This document shows, piece by piece, positions 20,806 to 29,968 of a DNA stretch of 64,000 nt. The translations under genes were made by a program, and so were the position numbers. The stretch's first letter is position 1. The number at the start of each line of letters is the position of its first letter. The notes beneath the pieces are model-generated. The model did not search any database. It was not told the DNA's origin and saw only the letters and a program-made list of their open reading frames with translations. The stretch lies in NCBI GenBank assembly GCA_963674785.1, contig OY771555.1, positions 1,856,001 through 1,920,000 on the forward strand, written 5' to 3'. Source of the stretch: Caldisericia bacterium. GTDB lineage: Bacteria > Caldisericota > Caldisericia > JAAYUI01.

Positions 20806-22257
20806 ATGGAATGGTTCACTTGGATAATGTGGTTAGGAATAGCTATCGTCTTCGGTCTAATCGAAGTAATAACTGTTAATTTTTATACGATTTGGTTTGC
20901 TATATCTGCGATAATAACAGCTATTATTGCGGTTTTTATATCAGATCCGATTATTCAGATTGTCTGCTTTGCACTGATTTCTTTGGTGCTTGTGATTCTT
21001 TCGGAAAAGCTATTGAGAAAGCTGATCTTTGGAAACAAGGATCATATCGCAATGAATGTTGAGGCAATGTCTGGAAAAACCGGTATTGTAGTTTCTCAAA
21101 TAAGAAACGATAGAGGGGAAGGAGTCGTAAAAGTTGATGGCGTAAGCTGGTCTGCAAGATCAGTTAATGGGGATCGAATTGCTCAAAATCAAAGGGTAAA
21201 AATTCACCGAATAGAGGGGGTTAAATTGATAGTATCACCAGAATCAAGAGATAGTGTTGTTAAAACTGCTCTGACAAATATGTCAAGAAATATTTCAAAT
21301 ACGAAAATTGTTGAATCTCAATCATACAAAAAGGTCTTCGATAAAGAGATACAGGGTTTAAAGATCGACCTTGATGATGATAAAATTGACAGAACTGACA
21401 TTGAGATATTTGAAAGTGATGAGGTAACCTGTGAATACGACATCGGCTTAAAGGACAAGTCGCAAGATCGGGAGTTCGAGATATGTTCCGAAATCAATGG
21501 TGGGGAGTTTATCATCAAATCGGTTAACAATTCAATTGCTGGAGACACCCACTACAGCATTGCGTTAAGACTTGGTATTCCATCAAAAACAAGATTGAAG
21601 ATTAATGCTGTGCTTGGTAGAGTTATTGTCAAAAGCAAATGGAACGCAGACATAACAATAAATGATCTTGGAGACTTGGATATTGAAACAATGGATGTTT
21701 CCGGAGACCTTTCAATCAGAAGCACCTCTGGTGATGTCAGTGTTGGCAAAATCAACAACATAGAGTTAAAATCTGCTGCAGGCGATACATCAATCAAATC
21801 CTGCGAATCAGCAAGAATCAAAACCTCATCTGGTGATGTCTCGATTGGTTCCGTCGAAGAAGGTACAATACAGGTTACATCAGGTGACCTTTCAATTGAT
21901 TCTCTCGATGGCAACCTTACCGTGTTTTCGTCATCAGGTGATATTTTGATAAAAGAATGCAGATGCAGAAACTCTATTTCAATTACTGTAAAATCAGGAG
22001 ACTTGCAGATTGGAAAATATTTTTCTAAGTCCTGCCAGAACACAATCCACACAACATCTGGAGACATCAGTATTGGAATCGATAAAAACTCTTCACTTAT
22101 AGGAAAATGTGAAAATGTAAGCGGGGATATTTCAATCATTGGCGCTCAAAATGAAAAGAGCATAACCGAACATAAAAAAGAGTTCACGATCGGATCGGGT
22201 GAAGGGACTCTTACCATATCATCAATCTCAGGTGACATGGTTGTGAAAACAAACTAG
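20806..22257 (+). CDS. NfeD-family membrane protein fused to a DUF4097 beta-strand-repeat domain
   Basis: N-terminal TMs plus OB-fold (GKTGIV, GVVKVDGVSWSARS, IEGVKLIV); C-terminal repeated TSSGDV/SGDI motifs. Confidence 0.8.
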   Translation: MEWFTWIMWLGIAIVFGLIEVITVNFYTIWFAISAIITAIIAVFISDPIIQIVCFALISLVLVILSEKLLRKLIFGNKDHIAMNVEAMSGKTGIVVSQIRNDRGEGVVKVDGVSWSARSVNGDRIAQNQRVKIHRIEGVKLIVSPESRDSVVKTALTNMSRNISNTKIVESQSYKKVFDKEIQGLKIDLDDDKIDRTDIEIFESDEVTCEYDIGLKDKSQDREFEICSEINGGEFIIKSVNNSIAGDTHYSIALRLGIPSKTRLKINAVLGRVIVKSKWNADITINDLGDLDIETMDVSGDLSIRSTSGDVSVGKINNIELKSAAGDTSIKSCESARIKTSSGDVSIGSVEEGTIQVTSGDLSIDSLDGNLTVFSSSGDILIKECRCRNSISITVKSGDLQIGKYFSKSCQNTIHTTSGDISIGIDKNSSLIGKCENVSGDISIIGAQNEKSITEHKKEFTIGSGEGTLTISSISGDMVVKTN

Positions 22258-22265
22258 GAGGAGAA

Positions 22266-23156
22266 ATGGAATATTGGTATTGGTTTATTGCAATAACTGC
22301 GTTGATTCTCGTGATTGTCATTATCACTCAGGTTGTAAAGATGGTAAGACAGGCAACAGTTATCGTGGTTGAGAGGCTTGGAAGATACTCAAGAACACTT
22401 GGTCCCGGACTTCACATTATCGTTCCATTCATTGAAAAAATCAGGGAAACTGTCGATCTGAGGGAACAGGTTATGGACTTCCCACCACAGTCGGTCATCA
22501 CAAGAGACAATGTTCCAACAGATGTCGATACTGTAATCTACTTCTTCATAACCGACCCAATCAAAAGCATCTATGAGATAAAAAATCTCAAGCAGGCGAT
22601 CATCAAACTTGCGATGACCACGATGAGAAATATCATTGGTAATATTGAGCTTGATGAACTTTTAAGCTCAAGAGAACAGGTCAACAAAAGACTTCGCACA
22701 GTTATTGATGAAGCAACTGACCCATGGGGTGTCAAAGTAAACAGGATTGAACTTAAAACAATTGATCCTCCAGCAGAAATTCTTGAGGCAATGACCAAAC
22801 AGATGAAGGCCGAAAGGACAAAAAGGGCACAAATCCTTGAGGCCGAAGGTGTCAAGCAATCAAACATACTTCAGGCTGAGGGTGAAAGAAAAGCGAGGAT
22901 ACTCGAAGCAGAGGGTGAAGCAAAGGCTTGGGAATCTGTTTGGGAAGCAAAAGCAAACGCAATTGAAACCTACTTTAAAGCAATCCATAATGGAAACCCT
23001 GACAAAGATGTTATCGCAGTCAAATACCTTGAAACACTGTCAAAACTTTCTGAGGGTGATAACTCTAAGATATTTATTCCATATGAGGCCTCTGGAATCC
23101 TTTCATCAATCGGCTCAATAAAGGAAATCTGGAAGGATAGCAAAGAAACTAAATAA
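22266..23156 (+). CDS. SPFH/Band-7 (stomatin-like) protein
   Basis: VERLGRY, PPQSVITRDNV, WGVKVNRIE, QMKAERTKRAQILEAEG. Confidence 0.95.
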   Translation: MEYWYWFIAITALILVIVIITQVVKMVRQATVIVVERLGRYSRTLGPGLHIIVPFIEKIRETVDLREQVMDFPPQSVITRDNVPTDVDTVIYFFITDPIKSIYEIKNLKQAIIKLAMTTMRNIIGNIELDELLSSREQVNKRLRTVIDEATDPWGVKVNRIELKTIDPPAEILEAMTKQMKAERTKRAQILEAEGVKQSNILQAEGERKARILEAEGEAKAWESVWEAKANAIETYFKAIHNGNPDKDVIAVKYLETLSKLSEGDNSKIFIPYEASGILSSIGSIKEIWKDSKETK

Positions 23157-23174
23157 CAGTTAATATCCAGTAAA

Positions 23175-23190
23175 TGGCATGTTTCTTGCA
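23175..23190 (+). promoter_or_regulatory. Sigma54 -24/-12 element TGGCATGTTTCTTGCA
   Basis: Exact GG-N10-GC spacing matching TGGCAYG-N4-TTGCW, upstream of rapZ-yvcK-rpoN. Confidence 0.7.
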
Positions 23191-23214
23191 CTGCCAAAAA
23201 GAATCTGTTAGAAT
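23186..23214 (+). promoter_or_regulatory. Putative sigma70 promoter TTGCAC-17-TAGAAT with extended -10 TG
   Basis: The -35 overlaps the sigma54 -12 element. Confidence 0.55.
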
Positions 23215-23253
23215 TACGCCAGCATATGGAGGTTATGTGCTGGCGTAACTATT

Positions 23254-24123
23254 ATGAAGAGGACTTTAGTAATTATTACAGGCCAATCTGGGGCAGGAAA
23301 ATCAGTTGCACTTGGTGCTCTTGAAGACTTGGGTTATTTCACCGTAGAAAACCTTCCAACAGAGCTAATATCCAAATTTGTTGGACTTGGTGAAGATGCA
23401 CCAGAAAAAATGTCCCATATGGCAGTCACATTGCGAATAACAAACTCCACAAATGTTGACATGTTGAAGGAAGAACTCGCAAGGCTGCAGGCTGAAAACA
23501 TTGAAACAGAGCTACTTTATCTTGCATCAAACACTGACACACTCATACGAAGATTTCAAGAAACAAGAAGAAACCATCCGCTTATAAACGAGAGTGGTTC
23601 AATCTTTGATGCCATTCAAAAAGAACAGCTTATCCTCAAGGCCGTAAAAGATATTTCAACCCACATCATTGATACATCATACCTTAAATCTCACGACCTC
23701 AGAATAATGATAAAGAAAAGATACCCAATAAAAAGCGAGAACGGCTCGCTTAGGGTGACACTCATGTCTTTTGGTTTCAGGTTTGGTGTACCAACAGAAG
23801 CTGATCTCGTTATGGATGTCAGGTTCATAAACAACCCATATTACGACGAATCACTCAGAGAGTTTGATGGACTAAATCAAAAAATAATAGATTTCGTAAT
23901 GAAAGATGAGTCTGCGGTCAAGTTTATTGAAAAGTTTGAAAAACTTCTAAAATTCCTTCTCCCACAATATCTTGCCAGAGAAGGAAAAAGTCATATCACA
24001 GTTGCCTTTGGTTGTACTGGCGGAAAACATAGGTCGGTTGTTGTCACAGGACAATTGGCAAAATTCCTGACAGATCTCGACTACGATGTCACAATAGTCC
24101 ATAGAGACAGAGGTCGCCATTGA
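23254..24123 (+). CDS. rapZ: RNase adapter RapZ (YvcJ) P-loop NTPase
   Basis: ITGQSGAGKS, RRFQETRRNHPL, SFGFRFGVP, GCTGGKHRSV. Confidence 0.95.
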   Translation: MKRTLVIITGQSGAGKSVALGALEDLGYFTVENLPTELISKFVGLGEDAPEKMSHMAVTLRITNSTNVDMLKEELARLQAENIETELLYLASNTDTLIRRFQETRRNHPLINESGSIFDAIQKEQLILKAVKDISTHIIDTSYLKSHDLRIMIKKRYPIKSENGSLRVTLMSFGFRFGVPTEADLVMDVRFINNPYYDESLREFDGLNQKIIDFVMKDESAVKFIEKFEKLLKFLLPQYLAREGKSHITVAFGCTGGKHRSVVVTGQLAKFLTDLDYDVTIVHRDRGRH

Positions 24124-25415
24124 CAAGACGCGACCTACTTAATCGACTAGTAAGACCTGGAATAATGGTCAAGAGATGGTATGTTTTATCTCTTTTCGGT
24201 GTAGTTATTGTTATAATCACAATGATCTCTCTGGATTGGGTTTATAACAATGGGCTAGTTTTGAATTGGTTTCCCGAAATACTACAGAGGATTTTTGATA
24301 ACCCCTCTCTTCCCGATTGGTTTCTCCCAGTTTTTTCATGGGTAGGTCTCATTCTCGGTCTAGGAATTGTCATTTATGGGGCTATCCAGGTTGCATTTTC
24401 GTTAATCCCTCACTATGGTGCAACTGCAAAAAAACAAGCACCAAAAGCTGGAATCCCCAATGTTGTTGTGATTGGTGGAGGTTCTGGAACATTCCCTGTA
24501 CTTAAAGCTCTCAGGATGCTTGAAGTGAACACAACCGCAATCGTAACGGTTGCAGATTCGGGTGGTTCAACTGGAAAACTTCGTGATGAAATGCATATCC
24601 CTGCAATGGGAGACATCAGAAGATGTTTGCTGGCATTATCTGATAAACCTGTTTTTGATAAAATTATCCAGCACAGATTCAACAAAAATGGATCTCTTGC
24701 TGACCACTCTCTTGGAAACCTTATCATCGCAGGGCTGACATCAACTGAAGGTGATTTTGCTGAAGCTGTATATAGACTTTCAAAACTGATGGCTACAAAA
24801 GGGCAGGTAATCCCGTTTTCAATTGAAAACATCTCTCTTTGTGCAAAATTTGAAGATGGAACAACAGTCAGTGGTGAAGCTGAAATCCCAAAAATTGGAA
24901 AGAAAATCTCAAAGGTTTTCTTCAATCCACCACACGCGAAACCATATGTAAGGGTTCTTGAAGCCTTGTCATTTGCTGATGTGATTATCATTGGCCCCGG
25001 AAGCCTCTACACTTCACTTCTTCCTGCACTTTTACTCTCACCAATTGTCGATGTAATAATCAATTCAAACGCAAAAAAGATTTTTATTTCAAACATCATG
25101 ACACAAAAGGGTGAAACTGATGGATACTCTGTGAACGACCACATAAAGGCAATTGTTGATCATACGGGAACAGATTTCTTTGATAATATAGTTGTTACAA
25201 AATCGGATATTGATGTAGGGATACTTGAAAAATACAGGTCAATTGGCTCAACAAAAGTCGGAATTGACGTTGATATTGACCGAGAGAGAGTAGTTTTTGC
25301 TGATCTTGCAGAGGTTGATTCAGGTGTTATAAGACACTCTGTTACAGCACTGGCTCGAGTCTTGAATTCAGAAATCCCAAAAAGTAAAGTCAAAAAGTTT
25401 TCAGGAAAAGAATGA
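24120..25415 (+). CDS. yvcK: YvcK/GlmR (CofD-related) protein with N-terminal TM segments
   Basis: VIGGGSG, TVADSGGSTGKLR, HSLGNL, GPGSLYTS, NIMTQKGET. Confidence 0.92.
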   Translation: MTRRDLLNRLVRPGIMVKRWYVLSLFGVVIVIITMISLDWVYNNGLVLNWFPEILQRIFDNPSLPDWFLPVFSWVGLILGLGIVIYGAIQVAFSLIPHYGATAKKQAPKAGIPNVVVIGGGSGTFPVLKALRMLEVNTTAIVTVADSGGSTGKLRDEMHIPAMGDIRRCLLALSDKPVFDKIIQHRFNKNGSLADHSLGNLIIAGLTSTEGDFAEAVYRLSKLMATKGQVIPFSIENISLCAKFEDGTTVSGEAEIPKIGKKISKVFFNPPHAKPYVRVLEALSFADVIIIGPGSLYTSLLPALLLSPIVDVIINSNAKKIFISNIMTQKGETDGYSVNDHIKAIVDHTGTDFFDNIVVTKSDIDVGILEKYRSIGSTKVGIDVDIDRERVVFADLAEVDSGVIRHSVTALARVLNSEIPKSKVKKFSGKE

Positions 25416-26755
25416 TGGCCGAACAAAAGTTTAAACAAAATGCAAACATTAAGCTTCGCACCAATATTAGAGGTGTGATGAAAGTTCATGAGGCATTAAG
25501 GATTCTCGCAATGCCCGCAATTGATCTCAGGGAAACAATCCAGGGATATCTTGCTTCCAACCCCATTATTGAAGAAAAACCAGATAAAGAACCAGATGAA
25601 CAATTGGATTACACTGGATCAGACTTCTCAGTATCAGGCTCATATGACCCCCCAAACATCGAACAGTTAAAGACTGAGGATAAAACGATTCGTGAGATAC
25701 TGAAAGAAGATCCACAACTTTACTTTGAGGACGAAGCCGAACAAGAGATTCTCGATTATCTCATTGGAAATATTGATGATAATGGATTTATTATTTGCGA
25801 CCTTTGTGAGTTCTCTGAGCAATCAGGTCATTCCTTGGATGATATAAACAAAATAATAAAGATCATCCAGGAGACAGCCCCAGCTGGTGTCGGAGCAAGA
25901 TCAGCCGAAGAGGCTATTCTTCTTTGTGCCAAAAGAGATTTGGGAGATGAAGAATTCAGAATCGCTGAGGCAATCATCAAAGAATTCTATCCGATGCTTA
26001 AAAAAAGAAAATTTGGTGAAGTCGCAAGAGAGCTAAAAACTGAATCTGACATTGTTTATGAAGTATGGGAAAAGCTTTCAAGATACACGTTCTCACCAGG
26101 TGCCAACTTTGCACCAAAAGCTCACTATATCACTCCTGAAATATCTATTAGAGCTGATGGAAACCAGATATCTGTTACCCCTTTAAAAAATGGAATCCCA
26201 AAATTGAGTATAAACCAGGAATACGCATCTATGCTTAAAGAAACTGACGACAAAACCACGAGAGAATACCTGAAAGACAAAATGGATGAGGCAAACTGGT
26301 TGATAAAAGCAATCGATGAACGAAGAAGGAATATAATAAAAATTGTAAGAGAAGTGATAGAGATTCAAAAACCATTTTTCTTCAAAGAATCAGAGAACCT
26401 TAAACCACTCACATTAAAAGATGTTGCAGGAAGAGTTGGTCTTGCGACATCAACAGTTTCGAGAGCCGTTAACTCAAAATACATCCTAACCCCCTCTGGC
26501 ACTTTTCCTCTCAAGTACTTTTTTTCAGGAGGGTACAGTAATGGAAAAGATGTCATCTCAACAACTCAAGTGAAAAACCTCATAAACGAAGTCACTCATC
26601 AATCCGCAATAACCGACCTTGAGATAACAGAAATAATAATGGAGAAACTCAAAATCAAAGTCTCAAGAAGAGCAGTTGCACAATACAGGAAACAGCTCAA
26701 TATACCATCGTCGATTCAACGAAAAAAGATATTGAAGAATATGGATACCAACTAG
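25412..26755 (+). CDS. rpoN: RNA polymerase sigma-54 factor
   Basis: IGNIDDNGF, PAGVGARS, LKPLTLKDVA..VGLATSTVSRA, PLKYFF, RpoN-box-like SRRAVAQYRKQLNIPSS. Confidence 0.92.
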   Translation: MMAEQKFKQNANIKLRTNIRGVMKVHEALRILAMPAIDLRETIQGYLASNPIIEEKPDKEPDEQLDYTGSDFSVSGSYDPPNIEQLKTEDKTIREILKEDPQLYFEDEAEQEILDYLIGNIDDNGFIICDLCEFSEQSGHSLDDINKIIKIIQETAPAGVGARSAEEAILLCAKRDLGDEEFRIAEAIIKEFYPMLKKRKFGEVARELKTESDIVYEVWEKLSRYTFSPGANFAPKAHYITPEISIRADGNQISVTPLKNGIPKLSINQEYASMLKETDDKTTREYLKDKMDEANWLIKAIDERRRNIIKIVREVIEIQKPFFFKESENLKPLTLKDVAGRVGLATSTVSRAVNSKYILTPSGTFPLKYFFSGGYSNGKDVISTTQVKNLINEVTHQSAITDLEITEIIMEKLKIKVSRRAVAQYRKQLNIPSSIQRKKILKNMDTN

Positions 26756-27759
26756 AAAATCAACATCGAATCGCCAAAACTAAAGAATCGATATTTTTCA
26801 TCTACTGCCTGTTTGTATGCCTTAAATATCAGCTCTTTATCAGCAAATGCCGAAACCAAAAGCAGTAGAGTTGATCCCGGAAGATGAAAGTTTGTTATGA
26901 GATGGTCAATTACCTTGTATTTGTACCCTGGTTTAATGAATAGATCAGTTTTTCCTGAGCCAGGGATAACCTTTCCATCTTCTGACACGTTTGATTCGAG
27001 TGTTCTTACAACCGTTGTACCGCAAGCAAATATTGTCCTTCCATCCTTTTTTGCATCATTGATGGTACTTGCAACACTTTCAGATATTTCAAACCACTCA
27101 AAATCCATTTTATGATCGTCGATATTTTCAACCTTAATGGGTCTAAATGTTCCAATTCCAACATGAAGAGTGACTTTCAAAACTGTCACTCCGATTTCTT
27201 CAAGTGTTTTAAGAAGTTTTGGTGTAAAATGGAGTCCTGCGGTAGGTGCTGCAACTGCTCCATCATTTTCTGCATAAACAGTTTGATACCTACTCCTGTC
27301 AACGGTCGAATTATGGATATATGGAGGAAGAGGTATCTCACCTGCACCAAAAATATCAGAGTCAATGGAATCAAATTCAATTATCCTCTCACCGGATTCA
27401 GTTCTATCAATGACCTTTCCTTTTACTCCATCAAAAAAAATCTCAGTTCCCACTTGAACTCTTTTACCGGGATTCACAAGGCATCGCCACGTTTTATCAG
27501 AAACCTTTTCAAGTAAAAACGCTTCAACATTTCCACCAGTTGGTTTCTTTCCATGAAGCCTTGCAGGAATAACCTTCGTATCATTTAACACAAGAACATC
27601 ACCATGCTTGAAATAATTTACAATGTCACTGAACACAAAACTCTTGACAGTCCGCGATTCTCTATCAACAACCATCAATCTCGATTCATCTCGAACCCTG
27701 GCTGGTTCTTGCGCAATCAGCTCTTTTGGTAACTCATAAACAAAATCAGAAAGTTTCAT
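26752..27759 (-). CDS. queA: S-adenosylmethionine:tRNA ribosyltransferase-isomerase
   Basis: LPKELIAQEP, AAPTAGLHF, GTTVVRTLE, TNFHLP.STL, YRFFSFGD. Confidence 0.97.
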   Translation of the reverse strand: MKLSDFVYELPKELIAQEPARVRDESRLMVVDRESRTVKSFVFSDIVNYFKHGDVLVLNDTKVIPARLHGKKPTGGNVEAFLLEKVSDKTWRCLVNPGKRVQVGTEIFFDGVKGKVIDRTESGERIIEFDSIDSDIFGAGEIPLPPYIHNSTVDRSRYQTVYAENDGAVAAPTAGLHFTPKLLKTLEEIGVTVLKVTLHVGIGTFRPIKVENIDDHKMDFEWFEISESVASTINDAKKDGRTIFACGTTVVRTLESNVSEDGKVIPGSGKTDLFIKPGYKYKVIDHLITNFHLPGSTLLLLVSAFADKELIFKAYKQAVDEKYRFFSFGDSMLIF

Positions 27760-27766
27760 TCTCTAA

Positions 27767-27798
27767 AAGGTAGCCAAACTTTGCCTTTTGTCTACAAT
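27767..27798. promoter_or_regulatory. Overlapping divergent promoters for queA (TAGACA-16-TACCTT) and the biotin ligase gene (TAGCCA-16-TACAAT)
   Basis: 45-bp intergenic gap; each -10 lies 6-7 nt from its ATG; no SD on either side. Confidence 0.45.
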
Positions 27799-27804
27799 AA
27801 AAAT

Positions 27805-28398
27805 ATGCGCATAATCAAATACAACGAAGTAAACTCAACTCAACTCGTTGCAAAAGGGTTAGCAAAAAGTGAAAACGACTTAACACTGGTTCTTGCTGAC
27901 AATCAAACATCAGGGATAGGAAGATACGATAGAAAATGGGTTTCGGGCATTGGTGGTCTTTGGGGAACATGGATCTTAAAGCAAGAAATCCCTATTGAGA
28001 AGCTTCCTTTTTTAGCACTTTTTGTGGGATACTTTATTCACCAAATGCTTTGGAAAGATAACATTAAAGTGAATCTAAAATATCCAAATGACATTTTGTT
28101 TGTGGACAAAAAACTTGCCGGAATTCTTTGTAATTCAAGTATTTGTGGGAATCAACATATCTACTCACTTGTCGGAATTGGACTAAATGTTTCGAATAAT
28201 CCACCACCTGAGGGGGTGTCACTCGACGAGATTTCAAAAAGGAGGTTTGAGATTCCAAACCTTATAAATGCAATCACAGATTCAATTGTTGAAGCCAGAA
28301 ATCTTCTTATTAAATCAGATCCAAAAATCATTTTTTCTAAACTAAGTGAAATAAATACATTGAATTTACCCCTTGACAATAATTTGAATTCATTATAA
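27805..28398 (+). CDS. birA: Biotin-protein ligase, catalytic domain only
   Basis: STQ, QTSGIGRYDRKW, KYPNDI..KKLAGIL, GIGLNV; no N-terminal HTH and no C-terminal domain. Confidence 0.85.
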   Translation: MRIIKYNEVNSTQLVAKGLAKSENDLTLVLADNQTSGIGRYDRKWVSGIGGLWGTWILKQEIPIEKLPFLALFVGYFIHQMLWKDNIKVNLKYPNDILFVDKKLAGILCNSSICGNQHIYSLVGIGLNVSNNPPPEGVSLDEISKRRFEIPNLINAITDSIVEARNLLIKSDPKIIFSKLSEINTLNLPLDNNLNSL

Positions 28399-28408
28399 AA
28401 ACATTCGC

Positions 28409-28627
28409 ATGCCGATATACGAATTTATTTGTAAAAAATGTGGTGAGAAATTTGAGATTTTCACCCAGAAACTGAATGACAATAACGCATCTTGCCCAAA
28501 ATGTGGTTCTGAGGACACAAACAAGGTAATTTCTCCCCTTGGCTACATGAAGCACCCTGATGACAGCGGTCCAGGTCATAGACAATCAAATAGCTGTAGC
28601 ACAGGTGGTTGTGGCTCGGGAAAATAA
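28409..28627 (+). CDS. FmdB-family zinc-ribbon protein
   Basis: MPIYEFICKKCGEKFE...CPKCGS with a Cys-rich tail. Confidence 0.9.
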   Translation: MPIYEFICKKCGEKFEIFTQKLNDNNASCPKCGSEDTNKVISPLGYMKHPDDSGPGHRQSNSCSTGGCGSGK

Positions 28628-29918
28628 CGAATCGATTAAGCAAGAAAACCCGTACATTAAACAGTTCCTTCATTGGTTTCTTGTTGAACGCGGAAGAAGC
28701 AAGAGAAGTGCTGACGCGTACAAGTGGGAGCTTGAGAAGTTCTTTGCGTTCCTCAAGAGTCATGAAGAAAAGATAAATATTGGTAAGGTCACAAAATTTC
28801 AGGTAAGAGAATATTTAACGACGCTTGATGAGCTTTCCGCAAGCACAAGGGAACGTGCCGTTTCGTGCCTCAAATCCTTCTTTAGATTCCTTTTGGTTGA
28901 GGGTTACATACCCAGCAACCCAATGGAGACGATTTATACTCCGGTCATCAGAAAAAAAGTTCCAAATTTCTTCTCAAAAAAGCAGTGTTTGAAACTGACC
29001 GATTACCTTGAAAAGAGAATCGAAGAAATAGAGGATGCCAGGGGAAAAATAATCCAAAAAATAATTGAGTATTCTGGCTCAGGTTTTTTCCTTGAACATA
29101 TAATCCTTCTTTTGATTGTTGGGGGACTATCAAAATCTCAGATAATAAACCTGAAGTTTTCAGACTGTAAAACAAAAACTGGCAAAATAATCCTTGCCAA
29201 CAAAGAATCAATAACGCTTCCAAAAAACCAAAGAAAACTTTTTGCAGGGTTTTTAAAGGCAATGAATCCTGACTTTGAAAAAAGTAATCTGAACATCTTT
29301 GAAAGTCACTACAAATTTGAAAATCAAATCCCATCAAAATCTGACTTGCTAAGAAAACTTGATTTTTCTAGTGACAACCCCGAATGGGAAACACTCTTAA
29401 AATCAATTGATCCCGCTACATTGGAATGGGCATATCGAGATCAAGCCATAATTGTACTTCTCTTATCAACAGGGATAAGGAGAATAGAGCTTTCAAATCT
29501 CACAATAAAGAATGTTGATTTGAAGGATGCCACGATAACGGTCACCAGAAAAGGTGGAGACCAACAAGTTATTGAGCTCAACAATGATTCAGTTTATTGC
29601 CTTGAACAATATCTAAAACTGAGGGACTCAAAAGAAAAAAGCCTGTTCGTATCGAGCAAAAACAAAAAGATGACTCCTGAAAGCCTTCACTATATAGTAA
29701 AAAAAATCATTTCTGATTGTGGGCTTAAGGGTTCTGCACATACCCTTAGACATACCTTTGTGACAGAACTCGTAAGAGCAGGTGTCCCTCTTCCGGTCAT
29801 TCAATCCCTTGTTGGACATCGAAACGCAAATACAACAATAAGATATACCCACATTATCTCCAAAGATCGAAGGTCTGCTGTTTCGAAAATAAACCTTGGA
29901 TTGAAAAAAACTAACTAA
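28611..29918 (+). CDS. XerC/XerD-like tyrosine recombinase with a large internal insertion
   Basis: SAM-like N-terminus (KSFFRFL..EG...NP); TGIRRIE, RKGG, HTLRHTF, VGH, TTIRY; likely GTG start at 28611 after AGGTGG. Confidence 0.9.
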   Translation: MARENNESIKQENPYIKQFLHWFLVERGRSKRSADAYKWELEKFFAFLKSHEEKINIGKVTKFQVREYLTTLDELSASTRERAVSCLKSFFRFLLVEGYIPSNPMETIYTPVIRKKVPNFFSKKQCLKLTDYLEKRIEEIEDARGKIIQKIIEYSGSGFFLEHIILLLIVGGLSKSQIINLKFSDCKTKTGKIILANKESITLPKNQRKLFAGFLKAMNPDFEKSNLNIFESHYKFENQIPSKSDLLRKLDFSSDNPEWETLLKSIDPATLEWAYRDQAIIVLLLSTGIRRIELSNLTIKNVDLKDATITVTRKGGDQQVIELNNDSVYCLEQYLKLRDSKEKSLFVSSKNKKMTPESLHYIVKKIISDCGLKGSAHTLRHTFVTELVRAGVPLPVIQSLVGHRNANTTIRYTHIISKDRRSAVSKINLGLKKTN

Positions 29919-29923
29919 ACCCG

Positions 29924-29951
29924 TTTACAATGACGTATAAAACTGTATACT
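29924..29951 (+). promoter_or_regulatory. Putative sigma70 promoter TTTACA-16-TATACT
   Basis: Upstream of the FHA gene, followed by SD AGGAGG. Confidence 0.55.
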
Positions 29952-29968
29952 ACAAGCAGGAGGTTGGT

